Of a stretch of 64,000 nt of DNA, positions 38,861 to 52,199 are shown piece by piece (the stretch's first letter is position 1; the number at the start of each line of letters is the position of its first letter). Location: contig MU054187.1 of NCBI GenBank assembly GCA_013239625.1, positions 12,627,325 through 12,691,324 on the forward strand, given 5' to 3'. The stretch is from Lama guanicoe. Lineage: Eukaryota. Made by a program: the position numbers and the translations under genes. Under the pieces are notes generated by a model. That model was given only the letters and a program-made list of their open reading frames with translations. It was not told the origin of the DNA and did not search any database.

Positions 38861-41800
38861 TTGTTGGAGTTCTAGGATCACATTCTATGGCCAGCTCATA
38901 AGTCTTAGCAACTTTTTCTTTTACATTCCCATTTTAAATGGGAAGTTTCATTTTGCCAATATGTTCCACACTTTTTTGTAAACATGTGCCTTATTTCAAA
39001 GTTTGGAGAGATTTATGTTTCAAAAAAATGGCTTATATAGAGCATATGGGAATTTATAATATAGCCTAGAAAATGTATGAAAATTGTATTTATATCAGCC
39101 AAATTAATACTTGAAGGAAGGAAAGGTTTTCTTTGGCACTGGGTTAAAATTGTCTTTTTCCCCCTTATTCCCCCCTATTTTTATTGAGATGTAATTGACA
39201 TACAGCACGATATAAGTTTAAGGTGTACAGCATGGATACAATTTTCAACCACTAACTGATAGAGTTTAAAAACATTTTTAAGTATTATCTGGATGATTTT
39301 GAGTTGTCCCTCCTTGTCATTGACTCATTCACTTATTCATTTATTAGTGTTTAAGACCTAAAGGGTTCAGGATTGTAATAAATACTCATTTTTCCAAACG
39401 AATGATTTAATAATTGTTGGTCAAATAAAATTTAATAATTAAATGACAAAATCTGGAAATAGACCAAGGCTTTTTGGCTGCCAGATGATCTTCCAAAAAC
39501 AAAATGATGAAAAATTAAGAGGAATAAGCTAGGAGTATATAGATTTCATTTTTCTTAAAATACATTTTGATTCAAAAATTAAGGAAAAACTGGAACAAAA
39601 TTTTTTGAAACCAGCTTTTAAAAAAGGTAAATGTTTGGATGAATACAAAGTATTATCAAATTCAAATATTTATATTTTAAACAATGTTGTCAACTGCCAA
39701 AAGATTTTTTTTTTGTTTTTAATGGCAATGAAAGGTTATAGGCCTTTCTTTACCAAAATCTGCTTTCTTCTTCTCTTTCCCATATGATTAAGAGAAGGGT
39801 ATATCCCCCCATTTGTGATCTTTTGGCACTTAAAAAACATTCAAGTACTAGTTTTCCCAGAGCTTTGAACATTCCTAGTCAGTGATTTTGGTGTGTGCAT
39901 AGATTTTTTAAAAATTGACCTTTATGAGAGTTGGGGAAAGATCAATGTTTACCATATGGAAAGACAACAAAACAAGGTGAATAGATGGTATCATTTGGCT
40001 TTCAAAGGAAATTAAACTATTGTGTGAATAAATAAATTGTTTAAAAATATGAAATGAAAACCCCAAAACAGAAACAAAAAATTCTTTGGGGAAAGAAATT
40101 CTAAGGAAAGCTGCATTGTTAAAATCCTGGACTGGGAGCTTGGAGATTTGGGCACCATATTTCCAGGTAAAGATTTATGAAAATTTTCAGAGATCAGAAA
40201 CTACAGAAATGGCACTTTAAAGTCTAATTTTAAAACTTGATAATTTTGTTACTATAGTGAATGCTGTTTTCATATTTTAATTTTTTCTTGTAATAGGAAA
40301 TTCTTTTAGTAAAGTTACATTCTGGTTAACTTTCTTGTTAATTAGTACACATCAGTACTTTTAATAATTCAGGTTTGTATATTTGAGTATTTTCTGTAAA
40401 ATAATAAATAAAAATGCTTCATAATTGTCTGAACTTCAAATAATTCATAAGGCCAACACGTTTCTATGTGTCTTGTCCAGCATAAACTCATCTTCTACAT
40501 ATACATCAGGCAAACTTGTACTTCTCAGAGATTGAGAGAATTATTTCCCGCCCTCCCCCCTCCAACTCCAAATAGTTCTATTTCATCTTGGAGAGCTACG
40601 CCCAAACCAGATTTTCATCTGAGGAAGGAGCTGTTACAGAAGTGTTAAAGAGAATAAATCCATCTTTATAAGCAGATGCTATAAAACAGTAAACAGTGTA
40701 AAATATAATTGTCTAGCCTAAGAGAAAAACAACTGGGTTGTTCTAGAGAACAAAGAACTTTGCCAAACACGGGAAAACTCTGTGAGTCAAAAAAAGAACA
40801 AACATAATCTTTTTTAGACTATTAAGAATATAAAATTGTGAGAGGAAAAAGTACCCTGAAGAAAGAGTAAATGAGAGTATGGGATCTTATCCGAGATTCC
40901 AGTTCTTCCTCCAGGCAGGGAAATGTCACCATAGCTATGGGCCATCTCTACGAAGACCACTCCTCATGTTTTTCATGGTCTATGTTCCCCACGAGTCTCA
41001 GTTTACATCCTGTAGTAGCTGGGGTTGAATGAGGAATTTCCTTTCTCTCAGCAGCAGTTAAGTCTCTGCCTAGGAGCCACCTCTCCATGAAGGGATGACC
41101 AGGTAGTGGTAGCAAGGAAGAAAGAATTTGAGGAGAGAAGACAATCAGAATGTTTACTTACCATAAGCTTTAGAAGAAAGGGATTCGGTTGTCCCTTTAT
41201 ATCCCAACCCCCTGGCATACAAGCGTATAAACAGAAATTTCTCTGTAAAATTGCTCCCTGGGTCCATGTCTTCAGGCAGTCTTATAGTTGAGCCTGTCCT
41301 GTAATGAAAGAGGTTCTCTGATACTGCAGAAAATAGCAAATGCAGGGCCACCTATGAAGAATGCTCTGTTATTAAATCCCGATCTGTCGGGATTCATCAT
41401 TAGGTGAAACAAACAGAGAAAATATCTGCCAGCATGACATTTGGTACAAGTTACTTTTTAAAGGAACATTGAATGGTTAAAAAGTGATTTATAGTGATGA
41501 TTTGGTATAATTTATACCATAATATTTTGTCATTGTTAATTTGCATACATTGAATCTCTCTAACTAAATTATATGTTTATTAGTGATCTTACCATGTTTT
41601 ATTATGAGTATTTACTTAATGGATAAAGGTTTGTAGTAGATGGTGCATGGGAAAATAATTAATAGCAAGACCTTGGGCATGACTCAGTGTATGTTTAACG
41701 CCTGGAAACACATGACGATCGGTGGGTACTGACTTGGTCTTATAATGCTGAGTAAAGTCTCGTAGAATTATGTTAAATGAGAAATGAAACTTGACACTTC

Positions 41801-42514
41801 TGGCTTCAAAATTTAATTTTGGAAAAGGGAATAATCGCATCCCCCAAATGGCACATGTCTGCTGACTAAGCAGTGCAAGATGCTGTAACTAAATCCTAAA
41901 AGTGAAGGCTGAAAATAGAAATAATTGGAGAAAAGGAAAGAAAATTGTGTTAGTAAAGTCAGCAACCACTAATCCCTGTTTTTTGATCAAAGGCGTCTAG
42001 ACACTACTTAACTCCATTCTAGCTTTTATGACTGCTGCAACGAGTGTGCATTCTTATCTTATTTACAGTGTTAGAGGATGTCTGTATAAACAAACATCTC
42101 CTGAACACTTGTCCATTTGTTGGAGTTGCCTGTTCTCTGGGCTTATTTCGAAATCTGATTTGGTGTTAACTAGCATTCTTTTGGAAGCTACACCTAGCAG
42201 CCCTCGGACTTACAACAACTGAAAAACAGACTTGCTGTTTTGTATTTTGTTATTTCATGCTGTAGTTATAGCCTGTGTAAAAAATTCTCTAGCGCCAAGT
42301 AGCACTTTTCCAAGTGTGTAGCAGACGGTGCAGACATCTTGCCTCTAGGACTCACATTTGAGAGGAACAATCTTGACCTCCAATATTTTTGTCCTTTTGT
42401 CCCCCTATGTCATTTATACTCTTCATATCCTGAACACTTCATTTTTGAAATAAAAATATGATCATCATAAATATGTATCCCCACGTTTCCTTTGGAAAGA
42501 TTAATGTCAAACAC

Positions 42515-42715
42515 TTATTTGAGGATTTATATCCCAGGTACTTTGCATATATAGTCCCTACAGCAATCTCTTCAGAGTAAAATATCATTATCCTTGTTTT
42601 ACAGACAGCAAACTGAGAACTCAGGAGGGGAAGTAGCTTCTCTAAGACCTCAGCACTAGTAAACCAAGAAATCAGGATTAAACTGAAGCCTGATTCTAAA
42701 GCCCTTGTTCTTATT
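42515..42715 (-). mobile_element. MIR
   Basis: cattatccttgttttacagacagcaaactgagaactcag. Confidence 0.7.
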
Positions 42716-43042
42716 ACATGACTCTAGGAAGTGTCATTGGTTCAGGCTCATCTTGGGAGTATGTTGAATGGAAGCCTTTGTGATGTAATTTGCCTGTGAA
42801 GATCCTCTGCTGTTTTTCCTCTGTCCAGATACCTATGAGACACTCCTTTTATGTAAAACACTGGGGAAGGGATAGAAAGTCACATTCACAACCTACTCTA
42901 AATTAGTTAACTGAATTACCCAGCAGGACTCTGAGAATAGGATACCAGACTGATGGGTTTTAATATAGAGCGGTTCAGGAAGGTAAGTTTTTGCTAAAAG
43001 GGATATAATTTGAAGCTCAAAAGATTTTGTGGAGTCTAGTTT

Positions 43043-43061
43043 CCGCCACCAGGGGTCAGTG
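43043..43061 (+). promoter_or_regulatory. Candidate CTCF site
   Basis: ccgccaccaggggtcagtg is close to the CTCF core CCACCAGGGGGCGC/CAG. Motif match only. Confidence 0.5.
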
Positions 43062-46000
43062 TGCAGGTGCTAGATATAGGCACAAGGCTGCATTGGGAAA
43101 ACAAACTTGGATCAAGATGGAGAATGAAAGTGGAAACTCTTTTTCAGTTTGTAAGACTTGACAAAGAGCCTCTGGCAGGTAAACCCCGAACTGAACTATA
43201 AATCATAAGCTACTTAAGATTAAGTACATCTGAAGACCTGAACATATGTCTTGCCTAGATGAAGGCAGAATGTACCCACCATTATGACTGCTAACAAGTG
43301 ATGCTTTTAAATGACAATGTGACTAAATTATAGTACGCAGAAAGATACAGACAACAGTCTTCTCAAATTTATTAAAAATTCCTTTATTGGTTTCACTTTT
43401 GGATGATCACATAACAAGGAGAAGAGAGAAAGGTCAATGGAAAGAGGAAGACTAAGAGGTAGATTTTATAAATTATCAAGATTTAAGTACAAGCATCTCA
43501 TTTTTTAAATGAGAAAAAGTACTCTCTTAACGTGTTAAGGGTCATTTCAATCTTTTATCTCTTCATTCTTTAAGGCAAGACAAAGTATACAGTAAGAGGA
43601 AGGCATTCCAAGTAATGGAATATTTAAGAAAACACATAATCCAACAAAATCTCACATTCAGTTTTATTGCTTTCAAGTACTTTACTCTTACCTCAGCTCA
43701 TGTGGGAACTATTTTGCTTGGTTGTACTAGGACTATTTTGCAACAAATATGCATATTCTTTTCTGTAGACATAGCTATTTGGACTTTTCTTTAATGTGGT
43801 TTGAAAATTAAGACAGTTTAGAATTTTTATGTTAAAATAATTACTCTAGAAAACTGTGAGGTATTTAGATCTAGTCCTATTTTCCTAAATATAAATACAT
43901 TCATTCCATAGTTGGGAAAACATATTCAAAATGGTTGTTTGCATCCTTCATGATTTAACAAGAGCATTCGTCTGGGAAAGAGCACAGTGAAGGTTAATTG
44001 CTGTCTACTTGGAAAGCCCGAAGCAGCAGATTTTGCCCTTGGCGAGATAATTTTACAAAAGCGGGAACAAAAAATGAGCCAGGATGTCTCGCAACCATTA
44101 CTGTGTCAGATGAAAGCTTCTCTCTCTCTCTCATCACTTCTATGTATATGTATACGATGAACTTAAGAAAAGAGGCATATGTTCAAAATGACTGCTTATA
44201 ACCCAAGCAGAAAAAAAAAAACCGTATCAGAACACGTACTGTCATAAAAGGTTTCATTTGTATCAGTGGACTTCGAGTGATGCATTTCTAGAGTCTAAAA
44301 GTACAAATTATCTTCTGGCTAAAATACCTGCCTGTATTAGCTTTGACTTATTTCATGCAGGCCTTTCAGCACTGGGACTTAACATTCTGACCTAACATTT
44401 AATGTATTAATCCTAATTTTAATCCGATACCAAGACTCTCTGTTGTATTGACTCAATTCAGGTTAATTCAGAATTATGTTGCTCCCACCCAGAATCAATA
44501 GACCCACTGTTGATTCTCTCCAAAGCTGACCACCCAGTTTTGTGAGAATCTGCAGTGAATTAGAAAATCTGTCATTGCTGGGGAGACTGGGCAGCTCAGA
44601 TATGGTCTGTCGTTCTCTCTGGTCTGTACAATACCCACTCTTTGTCTACCGTCTCCTAAACTAACCTGACATAACTGAGCCTGCCAGTCAATGAGATCTT
44701 TATTCTCCTGGAAGGAATGCCTTGCACACCAGCGTTATTAAGAAATTTCTGGACAATGTTTAGTGGCTGAAGAATAATCCAAGGTTCTATTAAAAAGCCA
44801 TCTGGGTAATTAATAGCACATTTGTTCTCAGCCTCCTCCCAATTTGTCCATTAGTGGCATAAAAGCTCAGGACAAAGGGTAATGTGGTTCAGTTGTATTT
44901 TACAAGAATTCTTCAGGAAGTTGAAAACACATGATAGTTTTCCAAAGATACATATGTTTATGGCTCTTAGAGCAGCAAATAGGCAAATCCATGAGCTTTA
45001 AACTGAAGTTTTCTGCTGCCACCAGCTATTTAAATTAAGAAAACTGATATGGAATATTGACAATCTACCCCTAGAATTGACTAGAGAGCTGCTGGATTGC
45101 CTCCCAAACATATATAGACTGGGATGTCTCCATATTTAAGTTAAAAAAAATTTCCCTGAATATTTACAAATGTGAAAAAAACCCAGTACTTTTATACCCT
45201 TTTACCTGATGGTTGAAGGCTTTTCTGGGATCTCTTTTTAATGTATTTTCATGAGTAGTAGCCCCAGGCAGCATATTTCTGCACCATTGCCAAATAAACT
45301 CTGTTTTTCTTATTGATGCTTTCTCTGTTAGTTCGCCTTTTTTCTTAACTGCTTGTACAGAGAAACTTTGAAGCCCTAGATATTTGAAGATAAAAGTTGA
45401 AAACACCTCTGGAAAGTTAAATGAGGATTTAGTGTGTTTCTTTCTGTCTTTTAGATTTATTTTAAAGCAGTGATCAGCTAAACAGCACAGGAACCTGGAA
45501 TTTATAGGGATTACCTTGCCGCAGAGTACTTGTGTGTGTGTTGGGGGATGTGGTGGAGTGCGGATGGGGGCAATGTTAGGGTCACAGCCAGTGTATTTGC
45601 AAATATACTCCAGTAGGTTGGGAGGTTATGAGAAAGAGAAAGAAATAGTAGAGAAGTATGGGGGTGGAGAGAGAGGAGAGGGGGAAGAGAAGAGGGGACA
45701 AGGGAGGGGAGAGAAAGAAAAAGAAAAATCTCTCTTAGATAAAGGTCTGTATATTTTGGAGGTCTCAGATCCTGCAAGACATTAGTTTTAGGTACTTTTT
45801 ACTATGTGCCAGGCTAAGTACTTTCATGAATTATTTCATATAACTTTTATAACAGTGCTATAAAGTAGGTGCTATCATTTTTAGATGAGGCTTTGAGAGG
45901 TTAAGGTCACACAGCTAGTAAGTAGTGGAGCCTCCTTGTCTCTCTGGCCTCCAGTCACATCCCTTTGCTCTCTGGCTGCCTTTCTCTTTCTCAAGCACAC

Positions 46001-46550
46001 AGTTCTTTGGACTTGGTAGCCCTGTCACCTGGAGTGCTCTTCCCCTAACTCTTTCTATGACTGGGCATTCTCTGTCCAGCAAACGTCCATTTAAGAAAAC
46101 ATGCTTTGGAAGGGACCCACCTGAGTTGAGTCCTAGCTACATTTATTCATTCACTAATGTATTCATTCGATACTTATTAAATGTCTATTATGCCCCAGTC
46201 CCTGCTGAAGGCAAGATGGGGAGAGAAGATATTTCCGAACTTTTCCCTTCAGGGGTTTACAGCTTTGTTAAGGGAGTGAAACAATCAAATACTCACACAG
46301 CTGCAAAATTACAACAATTCCTGAGAGATCTGGGTTGAGATCTGATGGATGACGTGGTGTGATCGAGTCAGAGAGAAGAGGGAAGACAAAGTGCAGGCTG
46401 CAGCCAGCCCAGACCTGGTTCCGGGAGGGAGTGTGGTGAGTGTGGCTGGGTCTTACAGAGCAGGGAGACGTAAGATGGGGCAACCTAGGGCACGTCACAG
46501 AACCTTCGAGGACAGACCGTGACTAGTGGGAGACCACGAAGAGTTGGGAT

Positions 46551-46710
46551 ATAGTTGGCTGCTATGACCCATGGGTTGCACTCAGTGGATATGGAGAGAG
46601 GGCTGAATGTCCCTTGCCATTGTATATAAGGGACTTGAGCATCCGCTGATTTTGGTATCTGCAGAGGCGTCCTGAAACCAACCCCTGGGGATACCAAGGG
46701 AAGAGTGGTG
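46551..46710. mobile_element. MER2-related TcMar-Tigger MITE
   Basis: agggacttgagcatccgctgattttggtatctgcagaggcgtcctgaaaccaacccctggggataccaaggga matches a MER2 terminus. Confidence 0.8.
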
Positions 46711-48164
46711 TACTTTGGTATTTCCCTTGCAGAGAAGCTCTTCCCTTTTCTTCCTTCTCTCTCCTACTCTTCCCCTCCCCTCCCTTCTCTCTGCACCCAG
46801 ACTGCTGTCATTCAGGAAATTACCTATCATTTCCTCTCCTGGTGAGATTTCATTGTGACTTAGTGGCACCTTTACCCCAGGACACCTTCAGCACCATGAG
46901 TTCAGGAGAAGGTCTGGAGGGCTCAGCCAACAGTGGTCACCTCTCCTCTAGGACAGCTTCAGATATGGGCTGCTCTGGCCCAGCAAGCACATGAAGGAAA
47001 GCACAGTTTTTTTCCTAAACTGAATTCTGTTTTAGAAACATAGACTCTGAGAGAAGCCAAGGAACAAAACTGTTTAACTATCCATTTGTGACTAAATAGT
47101 TTTTCAGTTTCACTGAGTAAGGAGGTCAGCTGCCTCAGCTGCCAAAGTGTGAGGGGGACAGAGAATTAGAGGCCTCAGGCCCTGACAGAGGCTGTTCCCG
47201 GCCAGAAGGGCTGGGCCTCTCCTCAGCAGAACAAATATTTGTTAGCACTTTACACAAGAATACTCTTGAGTTCATTGTATTTTCATTGCAAATGACCTGT
47301 AAATAGCAAAGCAGTTATGTGTACCTGAAATTTGTTACTTGTTTGAAGACAACATATAGATAGAAGATGAGAGAAGTGAGTTTTGGAAGCGGGAGGAGTG
47401 CCATGAAAAAGCGAACACCAAACCCCCAGCAGAACCTCTCTTTGCCAGGGTAGATACTTAAAAGGACACCCCAAAATGAATCCCAAGCGAATGCTCCGTC
47501 CAGTGTCTCCCTTGGCAGGTTAAGTGGACCTAGACCTATAAACCCAGCTGTCAGTACAAGCTGTCTCTGAGAGGAGTAAACAGACAGCCCTGCCCTGGCT
47601 CCCATACAGGGGTCTCTGGAACATCCTGGGGGGTTCTCTTCCTGTAGGACCTCCCAGTGCTCAGGCCCTGTGGCCTCTGACTCATTAGCAACTTCTGGAA
47701 GGGAAGAGAACGCAATCCCATCTGCTAGAAACAATGTCTTCCCCACTTTCAAGAGCTAGAAATGTCAACATAGGCCATGTAACATGCTTGGATGGATTAG
47801 GATCGTGTGTAGAGGGCACTTTCCTATATGTTTTTGGATCATGCATTTCCATTTTAAAATGAAAAAAAAAAAAAAAAAAGGAAAACATTTTAAAAAAAGA
47901 AGACTTGTTTTGAGAAAAGAGGAAATCTTTATCTCTATAGAAGGATAACAACACTTTTCACGTTGTAAGGGAAGGTACTGCAGTCTTGTTGTCTCTGCAG
48001 CTTTCAAATTGTATTTACATATATTATACATAAGGCTTATCCCTGCACGGTGTGAAGCTTCTGGAAATATCTCTATCACTTCCAAACCAGTCTCCCAACT
48101 GAAGCATGAAACCTCATCATTAATAGATTTTTCTAAATGCTAACATTTTTACTTGTTTGAAAAG

Positions 48165-48860
48165 TTCTCTAGAGATATAGTTAACAAACATAAAATCCAT
48201 CCATTTAAAGTATATAATTCAGTGCTTTGTGTGATATTCACAGGGTTATGCAACCATCATCACAATCTAATTTTAGATCATTTTTGTTCTCCTAAAGGGA
48301 AAAGCCCGTATCTGTTAGCAGTCCCTCCCCATTCCTTTCCACCCACTCCATCCCCGGCGGTAGGCAACCACTAACCTCCTTTCCATCTCTATAAATTTGC
48401 CTTTGCTGGGCATTTCATATAAATGGGATGATACAGTATGTGGCCTTTTGTGACTTCTTTTTTCACTTGTTATATCTTTAAGTTTCATCCATTTTGTAGC
48501 ATGTATCAGGACCTCATTTCTTTTTATTCCTGAATAATATTCCATCATGTAGTTATACCACATTTTACTTTTTGATGCATCTGTAAATGGACATTTGGGT
48601 TATTTCTACTTTTTAGCTCTTATGAGTAATGCTGCTTTAAATATTTATGTACAGGGTTTTTTTTTTTCTGAGTGGACCTGTATTTTTATTTCTCTTGGGT
48701 AGATACTTAAAAAATAGAATTTCTAGGTCATATGGGAATTTTGTGCCTAACATTTTGAGGAACTGCCAGACTGTTTTCCAAAGAGCTACACCGTTTTACA
48801 TTGGCACTAGCAAAGGGGTTTCAGTTTCTCCACATTCTCACCCATACTTGTGATTGTGTG
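48165..48860 (-). mobile_element. L1MB-like 3' end
   Basis: cataaaatccatccatttaaagtatataattcagtg...ttttgaggaactgccagactgttttcca. Confidence 0.85.
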
Positions 48861-51699
48861 TTTACTGTTTCTTTATATTAAACATTATTCTTCCTTTACT
48901 ACCATTTTGCAATTCAAATCCCCATCTTATCCCCTCTCCTTCCCTTCCTCTGTCAAGTTCCTAATATGATAGCATGAATTTATCAAATGGCTTTCTTGTG
49001 AGAGTGGGTTGTTCTTAATTTCAGTGCATCTCTGTGTCAGGGTGGGCTGGGGAGAAAGGGTGGGAAGGGATTAGGCACCAAAAGAAACATGGGGCCCATG
49101 GGGCTTTGCCCACTTCACAGATTGTTTAGCCCAAGGCCTGGGTTGGAGACAGGGTCTTGGAATTCGATCAGTAAGCGTATCTCTGGTTCTTTGAAGAAAT
49201 GGTTGGAATTGTATTAGTTGTCTCTAAGGCTAAGTACATTTTCAAGGACTTCTGGAACTCAGAATGATCCAGCTTGGTAGAACTCTGCCTAAGATCTCTA
49301 GTCAATCACTGCCCACTGTGATACAGAGGTCTGAGGACTCTTTGTTTACTGGTCTATGTTAGAAATTGAGAACGAGACTTGAGAAATATTTTTAATAATA
49401 TGACACTGTGACATCCAAGCAGGATGAACTCATGATTGGTGAACTCATCTCGTTAAATAGGGTTCAACTTGTTCACATGTTCTTCGCTCGTTGTCAGACT
49501 CTCCTGGTGAGTTGCGTGTGGCCTGAGCTGAGTTCTAGACATATACAGTAGAACCGGGACAGACGGGAATTAAAAATAAAATTAGTCCTTGGCCATGGTG
49601 TGAGAGCCGCTGTGGCAAACTAATGCTTTTCAGCGTTTTCCTTCCTTCACCTGCGCTAGACTTTGATGCAGGAGTGGAGGGGCCCTGGGTATAGGAGAAT
49701 AATGGTAATAGTGGGCGTTACCCGAGCACTCATGGGATGCTCAGCTCTGTGCTTTCCTCACAGCAACTAATTTAAGTGATATGATTACTATTTCCATTCC
49801 AGGAAACTGGGGGAATGGAAGTACTGGCTGCGGGTGGGTTTCCATTTTGATTGTGAGTCAGTCCTGCCCCAGCTTAAGCCCTTCTAGTCAGGAGGGTCCT
49901 GATTTGGATCCTGGTTCCCTCTCCTCACCTTGGCTCTGCCTGCCTTGGCCTCTGGCTCTACCGGCCCCCTTTGCTGGCTGATTGACAGGATCCCAGAGAA
50001 GTGGGGAAGTCCTGGGGGGCAAAGGGTGGGGATGCAAATAGGAAGAATCAAGGCAGGAAAAGAAGCAGGAAAGAGCCCAGAGAAGCGAAGGTGAGCTTGG
50101 CCAGAGGTCTTTCTTTAAGGGAAGAATTGTGGCAACTCTTATGGAAAGTGGAAATTGGGGGGAAGAAATATAAAGAACTACGTGGGAGATAATCACCCGT
50201 TTTGTTTCTCCACAACCTGAGGGACAATCCGTGGAACTTTGTATGCTTTTGGAGTGAGGTAAGTTTTGCAAACATGGTCCTGGGTGAGAGCAGGGCAGGC
50301 TACTTGGCATATTTTGACTTAGATTTAGATGACCCAGCGCCCTTAAAACTCGTGTAGCGTGGGACATGCTGCATACACCAGAGAGAGGCGAGCCTCGGAG
50401 TTCTGTCTGGTATTTCAGGAGGGCTGGAGTTAGGGGTGGGAAGGGGAGAGAGTCTCCCTGCTTATTCTCTGCCCACAGAGTAACCACATGGGTGTGGAAC
50501 ACTTTCTTCCCTCCCTGCTCCACCTGTATGTCTGCAAAATGTTACCCTGCAGAAGTCTGTTTTTTTTTTTTTTAAGCCAGGATCATCTTTGCTCCATGCA
50601 AATTTTCTGAGGTGGACTTGTGCTAAACTCCTTTGCATTGTTTTCCATCAAAGTAATTATTTTAATGATTTGTAAAGTGGTCTTATTTAGGGATCGGAGG
50701 TTAATGACCCTTAGGAAGAGTGGCTGACCTTGACCCAACTTCTGTAGGCTTTACCCTTAAGTTCATTTCCGTTCAGTGAACATCGTGGGGCTCCTCCTAC
50801 AGCTCTGTGCAGGTGTGTTGGTCATTTAAAATCACATACCAAATCGATGCTTTCAGGGAAAACTGTTCTTATACATCCGTCCTTTCACATTTGCCTGCCA
50901 GATAGCAGTACTGGCTGTTCTTCACTGGTTTTTCAGGTCGGTTGCTAGAGACAAGATGTGCTATGTAGAATGTTTAGGAGACTTTCCTGAGAGATTCTTT
51001 GAGATGCATAGTTGCCGGCTGGAGAAGACATCAGTCTTTTGTAAGTCTGAGATTTTTCAAATTAAAATGAAATATTTTGCTTCTGGGGATTCTCCTCCAT
51101 GGGATTGTAAAGTGCCCCTGTGTCTGTGTGTAATTTATTCAACTAGAGTTTGTCTTGGGAGCATCGCAGTGGCTGGGAATTAAGAAACTTCTGTTTCAAT
51201 TCCAACCTCACCAGTGACTTCTGTGTGACCTTAGGGAAATTAGTTAACCTTCTTGGATTTTGTGTGCTTCAGAATGAGGATCAGACCATTGCCTCATAGT
51301 CTGGGCTCAAGACTCAATAAGGAGCTGAAGCCCAGTGCGATCCCCAGATGAAGGCTGCTAAAACCAGGCTTGTTCTCCGGTGTGGAAGGCCCCCCAGTTC
51401 AGAAATGCAGTTGCTAAGCTGTCAGCCTGCAGTCCTGCGGGAGGGCTTATTGTATATGAACAATACTTTAGAGTTGAGGAGTGGGTCATGATTTTTAAAG
51501 GATGTTATGTATTGAATCTTCTCATTTGATTTTCTCCATCCTGGGGAAGGCAAGATTTTTTTGTCATCTCAATTCTATACATTTAGTTTAGGTTAGGGAA
51601 CTTGAAAGAGGAGTTAGAAATTAAAGGACTCAGTAGTAAATAAGGCAAGGTACACTCTATTTACATTTTCAGTATAAATTACCCTTTGGTAGTATCTAG

Positions 51700-51900
51700 A
51701 CTTAGAGTGGCTAAGTTTAAATCTTGGCTCTGTCACTCAGTGAGGAACCTTAGGCAAGTTACTTAAGCTTTTCTAAGCCTCATTCTTCTCATTTGTAAAA
51801 TGAGGATAATAAAAGTACTTATAATGTTGTTCTGAGGATTAAATGAAATTATATATATACTTAGAATATTGCCTACTATATAGTAAACTCCCAATTATTG
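51700..51900 (+). mobile_element. MIR
   Basis: ccttaggcaagttacttaag...ctcatttgtaaaatgaggataata...gaggattaaatgaa. Confidence 0.82.
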
Positions 51901-52199
51901 CCATTTTATTACATTTTATTTTCTTATATATCAAGTTATGCCAATATACCATCAGTTATTCTTCTTTTAAGTATATATTTTAAATATATATAATGCATAT
52001 CAGTTTATTTATATATCAGAAAAGTACAGAAAGAAAATATAAAAATGATTTGTGTTGTTTCCACTCAGACGATCCCTGTTGACATTAAAAAAAAAAACTA
52101 ACACACTTGAAGTGTTGAAAACATCATTAGTAGGTATGTTTCATTAGTAGGTTTGGTATCATTAGAAGAGAAGTGTATAAAATGGAAGATGGGACCCTT

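Noticed and set aside
45207..45349. Minus-strand exon in the 80-aa ORF
   Set aside because: Weak acceptor and donor (gtaaaa); peptide not recognised.
49888..50523. Longest ORF (211 aa, minus)
   Set aside because: Ser/Pro/Leu-rich with no recognisable domain; explained by the G-rich opposite strand.
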